Assembly (NCBI GenBank): GCA_030141605.1
Contig: JAQGDQ010000553.1
Span: 80,221-144,220, forward strand
From: Tubiluchus corallicola
Lineage: Eukaryota; Animalia; Priapulida
Direction: 5' to 3'
DNA: 64,000 nucleotides
Part shown: piece after piece, positions 38,301-48,900 of the stretch
Layout of the letters: every line of letters begins with the position of its first letter
Position numbering within the stretch: the stretch's first letter is position 1
Notes under the pieces: model-generated
Seen by the model: the letters and a program-made list of their open reading frames with translations, nothing else
Told to the model about the DNA's origin: nothing
Database searches by the model: none
Position numbers and translations under genes: made by a program

Positions 38301-41300
38301 AAAATTTAGTTTTTCCACTAAATTTACGTAGCAGTAAAATTTTGTTTTGTAACTGTATGTTCTGTAACACTAATACTGTGGGCTAGCAAGTAAAGTGCGT
38401 TATTAATACTAACGAATGGCCAACCACAAAAATGCATCTTTCAATTGCGGCAAATTACTGTATTTATATAAGTTATTAAGCATTTTGCGTAAAATAACGG
38501 GAACTTAATTTTCCAAAATACACGAAAGTTTTAAAATTATCAGTTTTAAAGACTACTTTATAGGCTTTGTTGAAAAGTAACTGTATTCAGTAAAACCTCT
38601 AGTACAGTACCGAACATCAGCAGATTCTGTAAGACTGTATAATAACAGTGTACAGCAACAGCAGCAATAGCAGCAATAGCAACTTTAGTACAGCAATACC
38701 ATAGCTACACGTAGTAAGAACAAATTTACAGACTTGAGGCTATTCCAATAAAAAACGACGGTTGACTCTAAAAACCACGTCTGAGCTTTTTTATTCACCC
38801 CAAATAAAGCCAATGGTCACTTACGTTGAGGCTGATGAGAAAATGAAAATATGAATAATTGTCCATAGAAATAAAATTTGTAAGACTAATTATATAGTAT
38901 CTGTTGATATTCTTCTTGCATTGAGCGAAATTTTGAGGAAAACAATTTTCAGGTACAGAATTTGGGAGACAAACAGCCCGAGGAAAGAAACTAGATTTTG
39001 TTCTACATCCAAAACTCGTTTTGTACCCCAAGATATGGGTTTCGGTAGTTTCTCCAGTTTTCAGAATGAGATGGCTTGTGCACGTGTCTGAGCTTAACCA
39101 ATAAGACGCAAAGTCGTAAAACAGCATCAACTTAGCAAGGAAAAACAGTATAACTGTGACACATCACATTATTCATTACACCTGCTCATGAAAAAATCAA
39201 TCACGAAATGTGTGCCAGCACGAGAATAATGAAAACTCGATCAAAAATGACCCAAGGGGGCCATTAAATGATCACTGTTTGGTGAGTCTGGAAACAGACC
39301 AATCAAAATTCTCATATTTGCATTCGCACAAAACTGACACATGCAAGAGAGAGATAAGTACGCTATATAAAAAAAGATGTAGATAACAGTTTTGCCAAAT
39401 CAACATTTAAGGCCGTTTCCCTATTGAACAGTGAAATTGCACAATTGTAAAGAAAAACAATTTTAATTTTGATGATAGTACATGTATTCCATTCAAATAA
39501 ACAACCTAAAGCTCTATATAACGCATGCACATATATCACTTAGTAATAATAAAAATCTTTATTTGCCATAAAAGAATTGCACAAAAATATAATAATTCTC
39601 AGTGTAGTTGTTTTAAGCACATAATACTGTTGAAGGCAAATGCGTCCAGTGTAAATTAATTAAAAATAACAAATTGCGAGTATCTGAAAAATACATATGC
39701 ACGGGGCCTAAAAAATTTCAAGTTCAGCTAAAATGAAATTTTCTGTATCTTGCGCTGCGGTAATGCCAGATAAACAGGATAACTGCATGGCTATTGCCAC
39801 AATCCAGCTGTTGTGGAAAAAACCGTTTAAAAGCACCTACAATCCTACATGCAGCGTGACCATCGAATGACCAGCACGTAAACTGAAAAGTAGACCATTT
39901 TACCACCTCATAAAAACAACACCAATAATCAAGACCCGTGTAATGATTGGGCTAATGCCGATGTTTGTTTTCCCTGAAACACGATTCCCGGTTCTTTTGG
40001 GAGATCCCGGATTCTTCCCAACGGCAGCAGAGTTTCGAACTTCCTCTGAACTACTTACGCACGGCGAGATAACAAAGATTCGCTTTGTCACTAATGATCA
40101 CCAACCAGCTGCTAGCCGAGTTATATGTTACAGAAAAACTGATATTGACTATGCAGTTTCAGACAGCCTGTGTTTTGAATGAGTACGTAGACTAGCAAAC
40201 ACATGGAAGAAAGAGAAATAAGAAGCAGCAGTAGAATTTCATTACATTTATGAATATAACATTGGCTCATAGATTGATTAAATTCGTACTAGACTCTTAT
40301 AGATAGGTTACTACCGATTACCGAACAGTAGTCATTAAAAGGTGCCATTACACTGATTATATGTAACAGTGATTAAATTGAAAAGTTGTGGCTTTAACAC
40401 TTATAACCTAGATGCAAAAATCATTCTCTATAAGGTGGTACATAACCTTTCGCAAGGGGGTACAAATACAACAGCTAACACTATAGAGCAATTTATTACA
40501 CCAAAATATTGCTGAAACAATTGTGAATCTATTATTCTTTCAATATTTGGTATAAAAGTATCAGGTGTCTTGCACAGTCTGCGATATTGAAGGATATGAT
40601 CGGAGGCCTGAAAACTCTGGGATTAAAATTTTTCGAATGACATGGAAATTCACTGTACCTCAATGTCGCCAAACATTGGAGCTATCTTGAAATCTTGAGG
40701 ACACAGTGGTTACTTAGATGGTCCAAGAACTAATCAGTATTCGACAAGTTTGACAAACTACAAGATGTGAGACATCTGCAAGATGTCTTGGAGTACCATG
40801 AGTTTTGCAAGTCGCTGCTCCAAAATTTCAGGCCGAACCAGACACCCAACACTTACACACTAAATTCTAGGTAAATTCGCAACTGTTTCAGCAATAATTT
40901 TAACTATTAAAAAGTGTACATTTGTTTAACGAATTGTACGAAAAAAAGATAATATAATACATACACACACACGAGCGCGCGCACACACATACGCACACAC
41001 ACATGTAATGTTTTGATGTAATAAATTGTTCTGTAATATTGCTCGTTGTTTCTGCATTCCACTTGACAAAGGCTACGTACCGTCCTGTATTATCAAAAAA
41101 CTTTTCATTGCAATTATGATTGAGCACTGAATTTACGAAGAAGTGGCTTTTGGCAAATGCACTGTAGCTACCTCCTTGCGCCTGTAGCGTGCATAAGAAG
41201 ACGAATAAAAAGTTGTCAGATGCCTGTTGGTAAGCCTATTTTAAGAGAGTTTGAAACATACCATCACCTCACAACTGAAACAGTAATTCTAAGGGATTGT

Positions 41301-44300
41301 CTATTGTTTACTTTGTTGAAAGTTTGTTGAAAAAAATTTAATTAATAAAAACTCCCACAATTAAAACAATTATTTCCCACCTTGTTTCAATCATGAAATT
41401 TTTGTTGTCTTAATGACAAGTTCTCGTTATTAAATTTGCGTCATTGTTGAACACAATTTCGTTAATTTCGATACATTGTTTCTGTGAGACTAATGGTGAA
41501 CTAACTACCAATTCAGTGTCACAATTCAGACTCCAGAGGTCAAAATCAATATGAGTTAGCAGATACGCTAACAATGGCTTCCAATTTTAGAATGGCCTAA
41601 ATCAATCATTTTCCACGTGTATTGACCATTGACCAGTCTCTTGAATCCTCACCACTCTGACCAGTTGCCATTGTACATACCTGCCTCACCTGCACAACGA
41701 TTGATTATCAGTAGGACGTATAGCCTCCATAGGTAATACCCTATAATCTAGAACAAATGGAGCTCTAGGGAAATCAGGAGCTGTCTACTTTTACTTGATA
41801 ATCCGAGACGACATACACTAAAAAACTAAAAGTGCAGTAGCTACTCTTGGTTCAGTAATAATTATGTAGATGGCAATACCGGCACTGTAAACCGTGTTCA
41901 TAACTACGCATTATGCATAATGTGTTATGCATAGACATCTACTCATGAAGCCCCTTTAATTAATGTAGGCGGAACAAGTTATTAATGATACGTTATCAAG
42001 AAGGAGATAACAACTCTTGTAATTGCCGTGGAAAGAAAAACACTTCATGTCTTTCAAGAAAGATTTGAATCAGAGTCTTTCTGTTTGCACAACAGGAAAT
42101 CATTTGTCCAAGTGAAGCCAAAAAGGGATTATACAGGCAATTAATGTCCTAGCACGTTCTGAACATTTTTAGGCATTGGGAATACACAAAATGATAAGAT
42201 TCCCAGACCAGACAGCAAAAATCAGATAAAAAATATACAACAATGACAAATAAGTACAAATCCAGACAAGCAGGTATGTTAAAATTCAAACTAAATTTAG
42301 GAAACTTTCTGCGACATTAATTAACTTAACTGAAGTCCAGATTAACACTAAACTTGATATTATACAGAAATGATGGATGATGACAGAATATAGGAATGGT
42401 AACTACGTACAATCGTGCATAATAATCTAGTGAATATGATTTCATTGAACATAATCTTCAGTCTTTTTTTTCAAATGAAACCACTAAAGCCTCTAATTAC
42501 ACACTTTTATATTAACTCAGAAGAGACTTATAGATCCCACCTCCTAGAAAGGAGGTCAGAGGAGGTGAAAGGGTCAACAGTCAAAAAAAGGAAAGTGGCA
42601 TTCAATCTGAAGGCAGCAATGCAACAGTACAAAAGACACCAACACCATCAAACTCACTTAAATTATATAACTAAATATATGTAGTGACTGCTTAAACAAA
42701 TGCCCTTCATAATTTATGAGAGTTTAGTTGCCCTTCATTCTGTTAAACTTCTGAACTTAATTAATTGCAAGCTACTGCGCAGGAGAGATTTTAAAGAACA
42801 TAGGCTGCAAGAACATGAACGTTTTCTGAGCACTGGCAGATCTTTTTGAAATAGACCATCTGCCCACAACATTGGACTTAAGAAATTCCACCACTGGCTG
42901 CTTAGCCAACACAGATAATTCTCAGACAACTCTGGTCCGTCCAAAATGAACGAATAAGTGACATTCAACACCGTACCATGTGCAGTGGGTTGTCTCAAAT
43001 ACTTCCTGAAGATTGTTTTTTTTCAAGCAGAAGTTATGTAGTCCACTAACTCTCCTTAGACTAGAAAGGCCACTAACATTATGCATTTGTAAACTTCCTA
43101 AAATTGATCGTAATCAACTTTTGTTGTGCCAGTGATTTTTCTAGTCAATGCTTTATTAGGATCTTTACTCTTACTAGTTATATGTTAAACTATTATGATA
43201 CTGTTATCATGTAATTGTACAACTGCTGTATCCTTGTAATCTTGTTATCATCACCCATCATTTGCATCTGCACTGTATTATATGTTGTTTTCTACGTGTA
43301 CATTGTACCTGTCTACAAATATGTATTGCACCATTCGGTTATGTAATAAATAATACATAAGCATTATTTTTATTACGTCGTCCGCATTCTTATTTCTAAT
43401 TTTATTCACATATCATTCAAGTCGCCTGACAAATTAACAAAACAGGAGAAAAGATATTTTAATTTTTAAACGACGCAGATTGTGAGTATAAAATACTGGT
43501 ACAATGTCTACTTACTCTTGGGAATGTATGTAATAGATCGATTATGTTTCACTTCCCTTTAAAAAGTAAAAAGATGCATCTTTTAAAATGATGCAGAAAT
43601 GATACAAGGCCCAACATCCAAATGTTCTGATGTCCAAGCAGGGTGAGTTCAATGCCAATTATAGACAAACCTGATGCTTGAGAAACATCAGGATAAAACA
43701 TGCTGTGAGAGTCAGACAGAGCTTTCAGCCTTTTAAAATCACAAGCCATGCACCAGCTAGAAGCAAAACTCACACCAGGACAAGGACTGTATTTCAGTAA
43801 TTTTTTTTATGAATCTTAAAACTGGTATATAAAACTAGTTGCACCACATTCTACATACCTATTCTGCTAAACACTAAAATATGCAATAACTCAATAGTTT
43901 TCGCTCTATTAGCTCTTCCACTGAACCCTAAATAATTTTTCATTCTGCAGGCTCACATTTTAACCAAGTGGGGCTTATGGAGCCTGCCTGAAGAGCAGCT
44001 CAATTGCCAGCAAGTTTATTAGTTTATGAATGCAGATTTTGTTGATAAAATGTGAAAATGTCCTTGATAAACAGGTAGCAAAAAGACTTGAACTTCTTTT
44101 AACACAATATTTTGTTACTACTTCAACAAGCTGAAACTTAACAAATAAAATTAGGCATTTAACCACACAGGAATTTATTCAAAATCATGCAATTAATTTC
44201 CGGTACAATTCGATCTCTCGTACATCATCGTTATCTGTGACAAAATTTAATCTAAAATACAAATGTAAAATGTTCAATTTACATTTCATTATAAATAGTT

Positions 44301-44842
44301 TTACATTTATAGTTTAGATTTATGTTATCACAGCTGATGATGATCTGTGACGATCGCTAATTAGATTATGACTGTGAATGCCTGTATGTTCACAATTTGG
44401 CATTCATGGTCATTATTTAATTAATGGCATCTTTAATTGTCAGCTAAATTGAAATGAAATTGATCTATGAAGACCTTTTAAAACTTTTAATTTATTGAAA
44501 CAAGTGAATCTAACAAAATTTCAAAGCCTTTTAGTATTAATAATATGCTAAAAGTGTCAACAATCTGATTATAACAAAAAACTAAATGCTACAAAAAAAA
44601 TACTAAAGTGTTTACTATGACGGATTAAAAAGATTTAGCACAAAAAGTGAATGTAACCAGATTCTTCTTTACCTGTTCGCATCATACTGCTTGCCGCCCA
44701 TGAATCCATAGCGGTCAACTTTTTGCTCAGAAGCTGTTGAGAGAGAGGAAACATCAAATGTTTCTCCATTAATTCCATCACTATCAAGGCTCTCTAATGA
44801 TTCATCCATCTCTCTCATCACACTAGAGTTATTTACAGCCAT
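17862..44842 (-). CDS. TBC1D10: TBC1D10-family (EPI64/whacked-like) Rab GTPase-activating protein, 9 coding exons, ~1449 aa
   Basis: Exons 44842-44673, 29056-28957, 27636-27529, 26913-26807, 25461-25281, 24755-24681, 24178-24064, 22872-22718, 21200-17862 (4350 nt, phases consistent). Motifs: [42 protein letters not shown] (R-finger), GYCQAM (Q-finger), [19 protein letters not shown]. Confidence 0.93.
22718..22872 (-). CDS. TBC1D10: TBC1D10 exon 8
   Basis: [32 protein letters not shown]. Confidence 0.92.
23441..23515 (+). mobile_element. Degenerate tRNA-derived SINE head
   Basis: TGACCAAGTGG A-box and GTTCAAGTCT B-box; acceptor stem does not pair. Confidence 0.4.
24064..24178 (-). CDS. TBC1D10: TBC1D10 exon 7
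   Basis: [35 protein letters not shown]. Confidence 0.95.
24681..24755 (-). CDS. TBC1D10: TBC1D10 exon 6
   Basis: [25 protein letters not shown]; acceptor tacag, donor gtaac. Confidence 0.9.
25281..25461 (-). CDS. TBC1D10: TBC1D10 exon 5 (YxQ motif)
   Basis: [39 protein letters not shown]. Confidence 0.95.
25515..25732 (-). mobile_element. tRNA-derived SINE (family also at 57855-58712)
   Basis: Minus strand GGCATAGCTCAATGG A-box and GCTCAACTCC B-box-like, then GTCATATTGAAGACTTAAAAAA; body shared with 57883-57954; (ATT)n-like tail. Confidence 0.65.
26807..26913 (-). CDS. TBC1D10: TBC1D10 exon 4 (IxxDxxR catalytic motif)
   Basis: [31 protein letters not shown]; donor gtaag. Confidence 0.93.
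27529..27636 (-). CDS. TBC1D10: TBC1D10 exon 3
   Basis: [23 protein letters not shown]. Confidence 0.93.
28957..29056 (-). CDS. TBC1D10: TBC1D10 exon 2
   Basis: Acceptor tttcag; [19 protein letters not shown]; donor gtgcgc. Confidence 0.9.
30180..30480. repeat. Purine-rich (GA) low-complexity tract
   Basis: Almost exclusively A/G on the + strand. Confidence 0.75.
31180..31587. repeat. Pentanucleotide satellite (CAGTA/CAGCA/CAATA/CAGTG)n
   Basis: Pure (CAGTA)n core at ~31417-31480 with degenerate flanks; explains the repetitive ORFs called here. Confidence 0.9.
35380..35456 (-). mobile_element. tRNA-derived SINE head
   Basis: Minus strand TGCTCAAGTGCTAGAGCG TGTGG ctttgttaaa CCACA ..GGCTCGAATCC; A/B boxes and an anticodon-like stem, but not a canonical tRNA. 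Confidence 0.5.
38890..39130 (-). mobile_element. Non-LTR retrotransposon (CR1/L2-like) ORF2 3' remnant
   Basis: [34 protein letters not shown] resembles the SFFPR...WNSLP...FK..INR C-terminus of CR1/L2-group ORF2. Confidence 0.55.
44673..44842 (-). CDS. TBC1D10: TBC1D10 first coding exon
   Basis: ATG at 44842; [20 protein letters not shown]; AG|gtaaag donor, phase 2, matches the next exon. Confidence 0.85.
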
Positions 44843-45612
44843 TTCAATGTTTCACTCCAATAAAAATATCCGCTTGTAATTAATAGACATTTCCTAAAAA
44901 CAAAAAAGAACTGATACATAAAATGAATAAATATAAGAAGTGAAGAAATAAATTTGTTTTGTAAATCTTTTGAAGCTGGTGACTTCTTACTTCCACAATC
45001 TAACTACGAGAAATGAAAAATTCCATACAGCAAAGCTAAATAGAATCTAGAGTCTTCTATTTTCAAGACAACTTTCCTAGTTATTTTTAAATTTGACATT
45101 ATAAATATATATTCCGTTATTATAATTATTACAATTTTATATAAATTATTATGCTTTCACGCTATTCTAATTTAAACAGTAGACTCCTAAGTTTAAAATT
45201 CAATGTCATTAAAATTTGTACGGATATAGTACGGTATACCAGAACCTGAAAATAAAGAGCTGGTCAAAATAATCAATATACCTGCAATCAAAACAAAAAG
45301 ATAATGCAATGTCTCAATTCAGCAGGTAGACAAAAAATGAAAATCACTAAAACTAATTTCACTAATAATATGAAAAATTTGGACTAGTTATGTCGTGATT
45401 CTGAGACACAGACAACATGTTACTGCAGATAGTGAAGTACAGTAATATGCAAAAAAGCTCAAAATCTACTATACTTTTATTTTTGCCTTTATTAATAATA
45501 TTATTGCAGTTACAATGTTTAGCGAATATTTCTGAAATACTTGCTTGCAACTAACTTTAGCCTTTAAAACAACAATTACAGTGATCAGATTAGTGTAATA
45601 CTACAAACTTAC

Positions 45613-45769
45613 TCAAAACAGATTACAAGATCTCACAATTTATCCAAAATGCAAATTTACAACACAAGAAAATCAACACTCCTCTCACTTGCTCAAAACG
45701 GTGACCGTCTACGCTTATGCTGTACGTTATGTGGCTCCGCCTGGTGGAGACTAAGTAACACGAAAAAGC
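45613..45769. promoter_or_regulatory. Compact bidirectional promoter region (TBC1D10 and the MBD-F-box gene)
   Basis: A minus-strand GTAAGT donor at 45612-45607 implies a non-coding TBC1D10 first exon, spliced to the acceptor before 44893. The plus-strand ATG is at 45770. The region is locally CpG-rich, with a YY1-like ATGGCG at the ATG. Confidence 0.55.
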
Positions 45770-45963
45770 ATGGCGCCGATTATGGAAAAACAAGAAAGTG
45801 GAAACGAAGAGGCAAATGGCAAAAAATGTGTAGTACACGGATCAGTATGCAATTCCACAGACGAAGATCACGATTACATTGAAACCGATGCTGTTAACGT
45901 TCTATGTGGTGCACCTTGTCTGTTATTTGCAACAGGAGAACGATGTAAATTTTCATCATGCAG
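45770..45963 (+). CDS. First coding exon of the MBD-F-box gene
   Basis: ATG context gcATGG; the phase-2 splice to 48473 creates one continuous Cys/His finger (CKFSSCR|YRDRALPHYHCMDC). Confidence 0.75.
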
Positions 45964-48900
45964 GTAGTTTCACATATACGATTGTACTGGATAGTTTAAT
46001 AGCCATTTTCATGAATATGACAGTTGCTATACATATATTTATAGTATTTTAATTCTAGACTGTAAACAACAATTTTATTACTACATGTAAGAAGTATAGT
46101 TGATTTTGCTAATACATTTTACTAGTTCTATTAGTTAATATGTGATTGTATGCTAATTGTTATTTTTTTACATTTTTGCCTTTCAGCCACCATGTCACTA
46201 ATTAAATATCGTAAATAGTTGTTAACTAAATAAAGGTGGCTTGACTTGATAAGCGTGTGGTTTTTCACCTCCCTGTTTCTGTACAGGTTCTTTGAAATAT
46301 TGTTTGCATATATTCCCTTTTTTATGTGCAAGAGAAAAATAAATTATTTGAATTTGGGTAGAGCATCAGCTATTTGACAGACGATTTCAGAAATCCAATG
46401 AGATCATTCTTTTTCTGACTGGCCAGGAATACCATCAACTATTCATATAAAACTAATGACGTACCAAAGTTATACGCGAGTAACCACACCAAACGAGTAG
46501 ATTTACCATTCGGTAGACTGAAGGATACTATAGAATTGCAAATGCGAAGTTGCTTATTTAGAAAAGTCGCTTAGCTGATTAAGTGTAGGATTGTGCTTGG
46601 TTCGTTCACACTGCCAAGAAACCATCAGCGAACTGCCAGTGCTGAAAAAATGGCATCTCTTTCAGAAGACAAGCTGCAGAGATTATTTTACTGTCATGTC
46701 TCTTATCTTCTTTGTATTTCATGTTTGATTTACCAGCCTACAATGTTACAGCTCTTACTTAATTAAATGTTGCTATATATTGCTGGTATACTTCTTTTGA
46801 GCTCGGCTACTGTTTATTTAAATCTATAGCGTTGACATAACAAAATAATACTGAACAATTAAATATTGGTTTATTGTAGTGTTAGTACTGGTGCTAAGTA
46901 CAAGTGAAAAAACAGGTGCATAGTTATGAGCGAGGAAGCATATGCAGCCTCAAATAACTATATGGCAAAGTAAGTTAATCTGCCATGATGTCATTATTTT
47001 TCTCTTGATAATCTGTAACTAAATAGCAACGCTATTAATAGGCATTAGTAGCTTTGTTTGTTACAGCTTAATCTTTATTCTAATTTGACCCAAATGAATT
47101 TAAGCTGCATTCCAAATACAATCCAAAAAATTTCTGAATCTAATTTGAATATTGTATCATGTATGTAATGCAGGCATATGCTCTTGGTTATCGCTAATAC
47201 TGACCATTATACCAAAAAGTACCTTATGCGTTATCACGAAATTTTCCTGTTTGAAACTTGAGAAACTTGATTAATGTAACTCTATGGACATAAATGATAT
47301 ATAGCATATACATGCAGATGTTGTGATCATGTTCATACGCTGTGTGTATAATACAGTAACGCAACTTGTAATTTATTTATTATTCTTTTCAGCATTACAT
47401 AATTTTACAATTGATGTTGTTGTTCTAGAACTAATATTTGCTATAATTAGAAATAAACTTGCAAATATAGTTACAGTAATTGAAATAGACCTACATAAAT
47501 GCCACATGGTGGTTAAGCAGCAAAGCTTGTGAAATCGCCATGAGAAGCGGAAAAAACTTGGTAACTTATCAAAGATAAAATTTGTAGAAAAAATAAAATA
47601 GAGAACAACAAAGAAAGAGTAATAGAGAAAAGACAGAGAAACAGAGGGAGAGAAGCGAAATAGAAAGGACTTCAGCAAAGATGTGATGCAAAAGTATGGA
47701 AATGTGGACAGCAAAGCGACAAGTCTAGTTAGTACAGCAACAGCTCCCCCGAACACATTTGTTCAAAATTGGCACCTTTTCAATAATTTACACACTGCTG
47801 CATTTTGTTTTCATTTTTTGTTTAAAATTAAAATAATTACATAACCTGCTTTTATTATATAACTTTTTATTGTGTTTTAATTTTAAATGCAAAATAACAA
47901 TTATGTTCTTCCTTTAAAATGATATCTTCACCGTGTTTTGATTTGAACAGAAAATTAAAATGCATAATCAATGCATTAAACATTGTTTGATATGTGTCAC
48001 ACTGCCTTTTTTATGTGTTTGCTCCTCCTAACTTTAGAATCTGGCCACTTCCCTGAAGCAGTCACGGGATGCACTATAACTATACGCAGTTCACAGTCAA
48101 ACCTAAAAATGCATTTCTTTTATAAATAGGATTTTAATAGAAGAGATTTCATACTTCTTTTAAAGTCATCTAATGTTCGATGTCTTGTAACATATACTGA
48201 CATTTTATCCCATCTATTTGAAACTGTAAATCTTAGAAAGTGCTTGAGGTTTTGCAAAATGGTTTTTAACTTCCAAAGATTGGCACTCGTTACATTTACT
48301 CCTTGTATTTTTCTTAAAAATACTAAATTTTTTGCAGCACACCTTTTTGTTTAATCTTACTTTTTTGGCTTGGCATTTTACAAACACAGTTGTTGTTTAG
48401 TTAGTTAAGAGTATATTTGTTAGCAATTTTAAATTAAAAATATAATCTCAATTCACTTTCCTTTTATTTCAGATACCGAGACAGAGCTTTACCACACTAT
48501 CACTGTATGGATTGTGACTCACCATTCTTCTTCAAGGAAGACCTTTTGGAGCACTATGTCAGCTGTGAGGAAAAGACTAGTCATGCAAACTCTGCAAAAT
48601 TTACAAATGATAATATTCCAGAACAAGGAACAGAGACTAGAAAACCATGTCAAAGCAATGCAGAAGATGCTAAATCGAGTAAGAAAACCAGAAAAACCAC
48701 TGATAGTCATTTGAAATTAAATGCAGAGAAAACTGGACGAGAGAAGCGTTCTAAGGCAGCATTTATCCCACCAAAACAAAGCAGTTTTGGTAGGCTGCGT
48801 AAGCCCAGTGCTAAAGTGGCATCCTATCAGCCTGACATGACAGCGAATAATACTGAAAGTGGCACTGCAGCACGTGCTGGGAATAAAAGAGCTGCAGCTG

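Noticed and set aside
44331-44360. CTGATGA-T-GATC..GATC hairpin resembling the hammerhead family
   Set aside because: GAAA is replaced by GCTA and the flanks do not match the family; at best a dead relic.
46917-46969. Possible extra exon (cag...gtaagt) in the MBD-F-box intron
   Set aside because: No polypyrimidine tract; inclusion would interrupt the zinc finger that forms by direct splicing.
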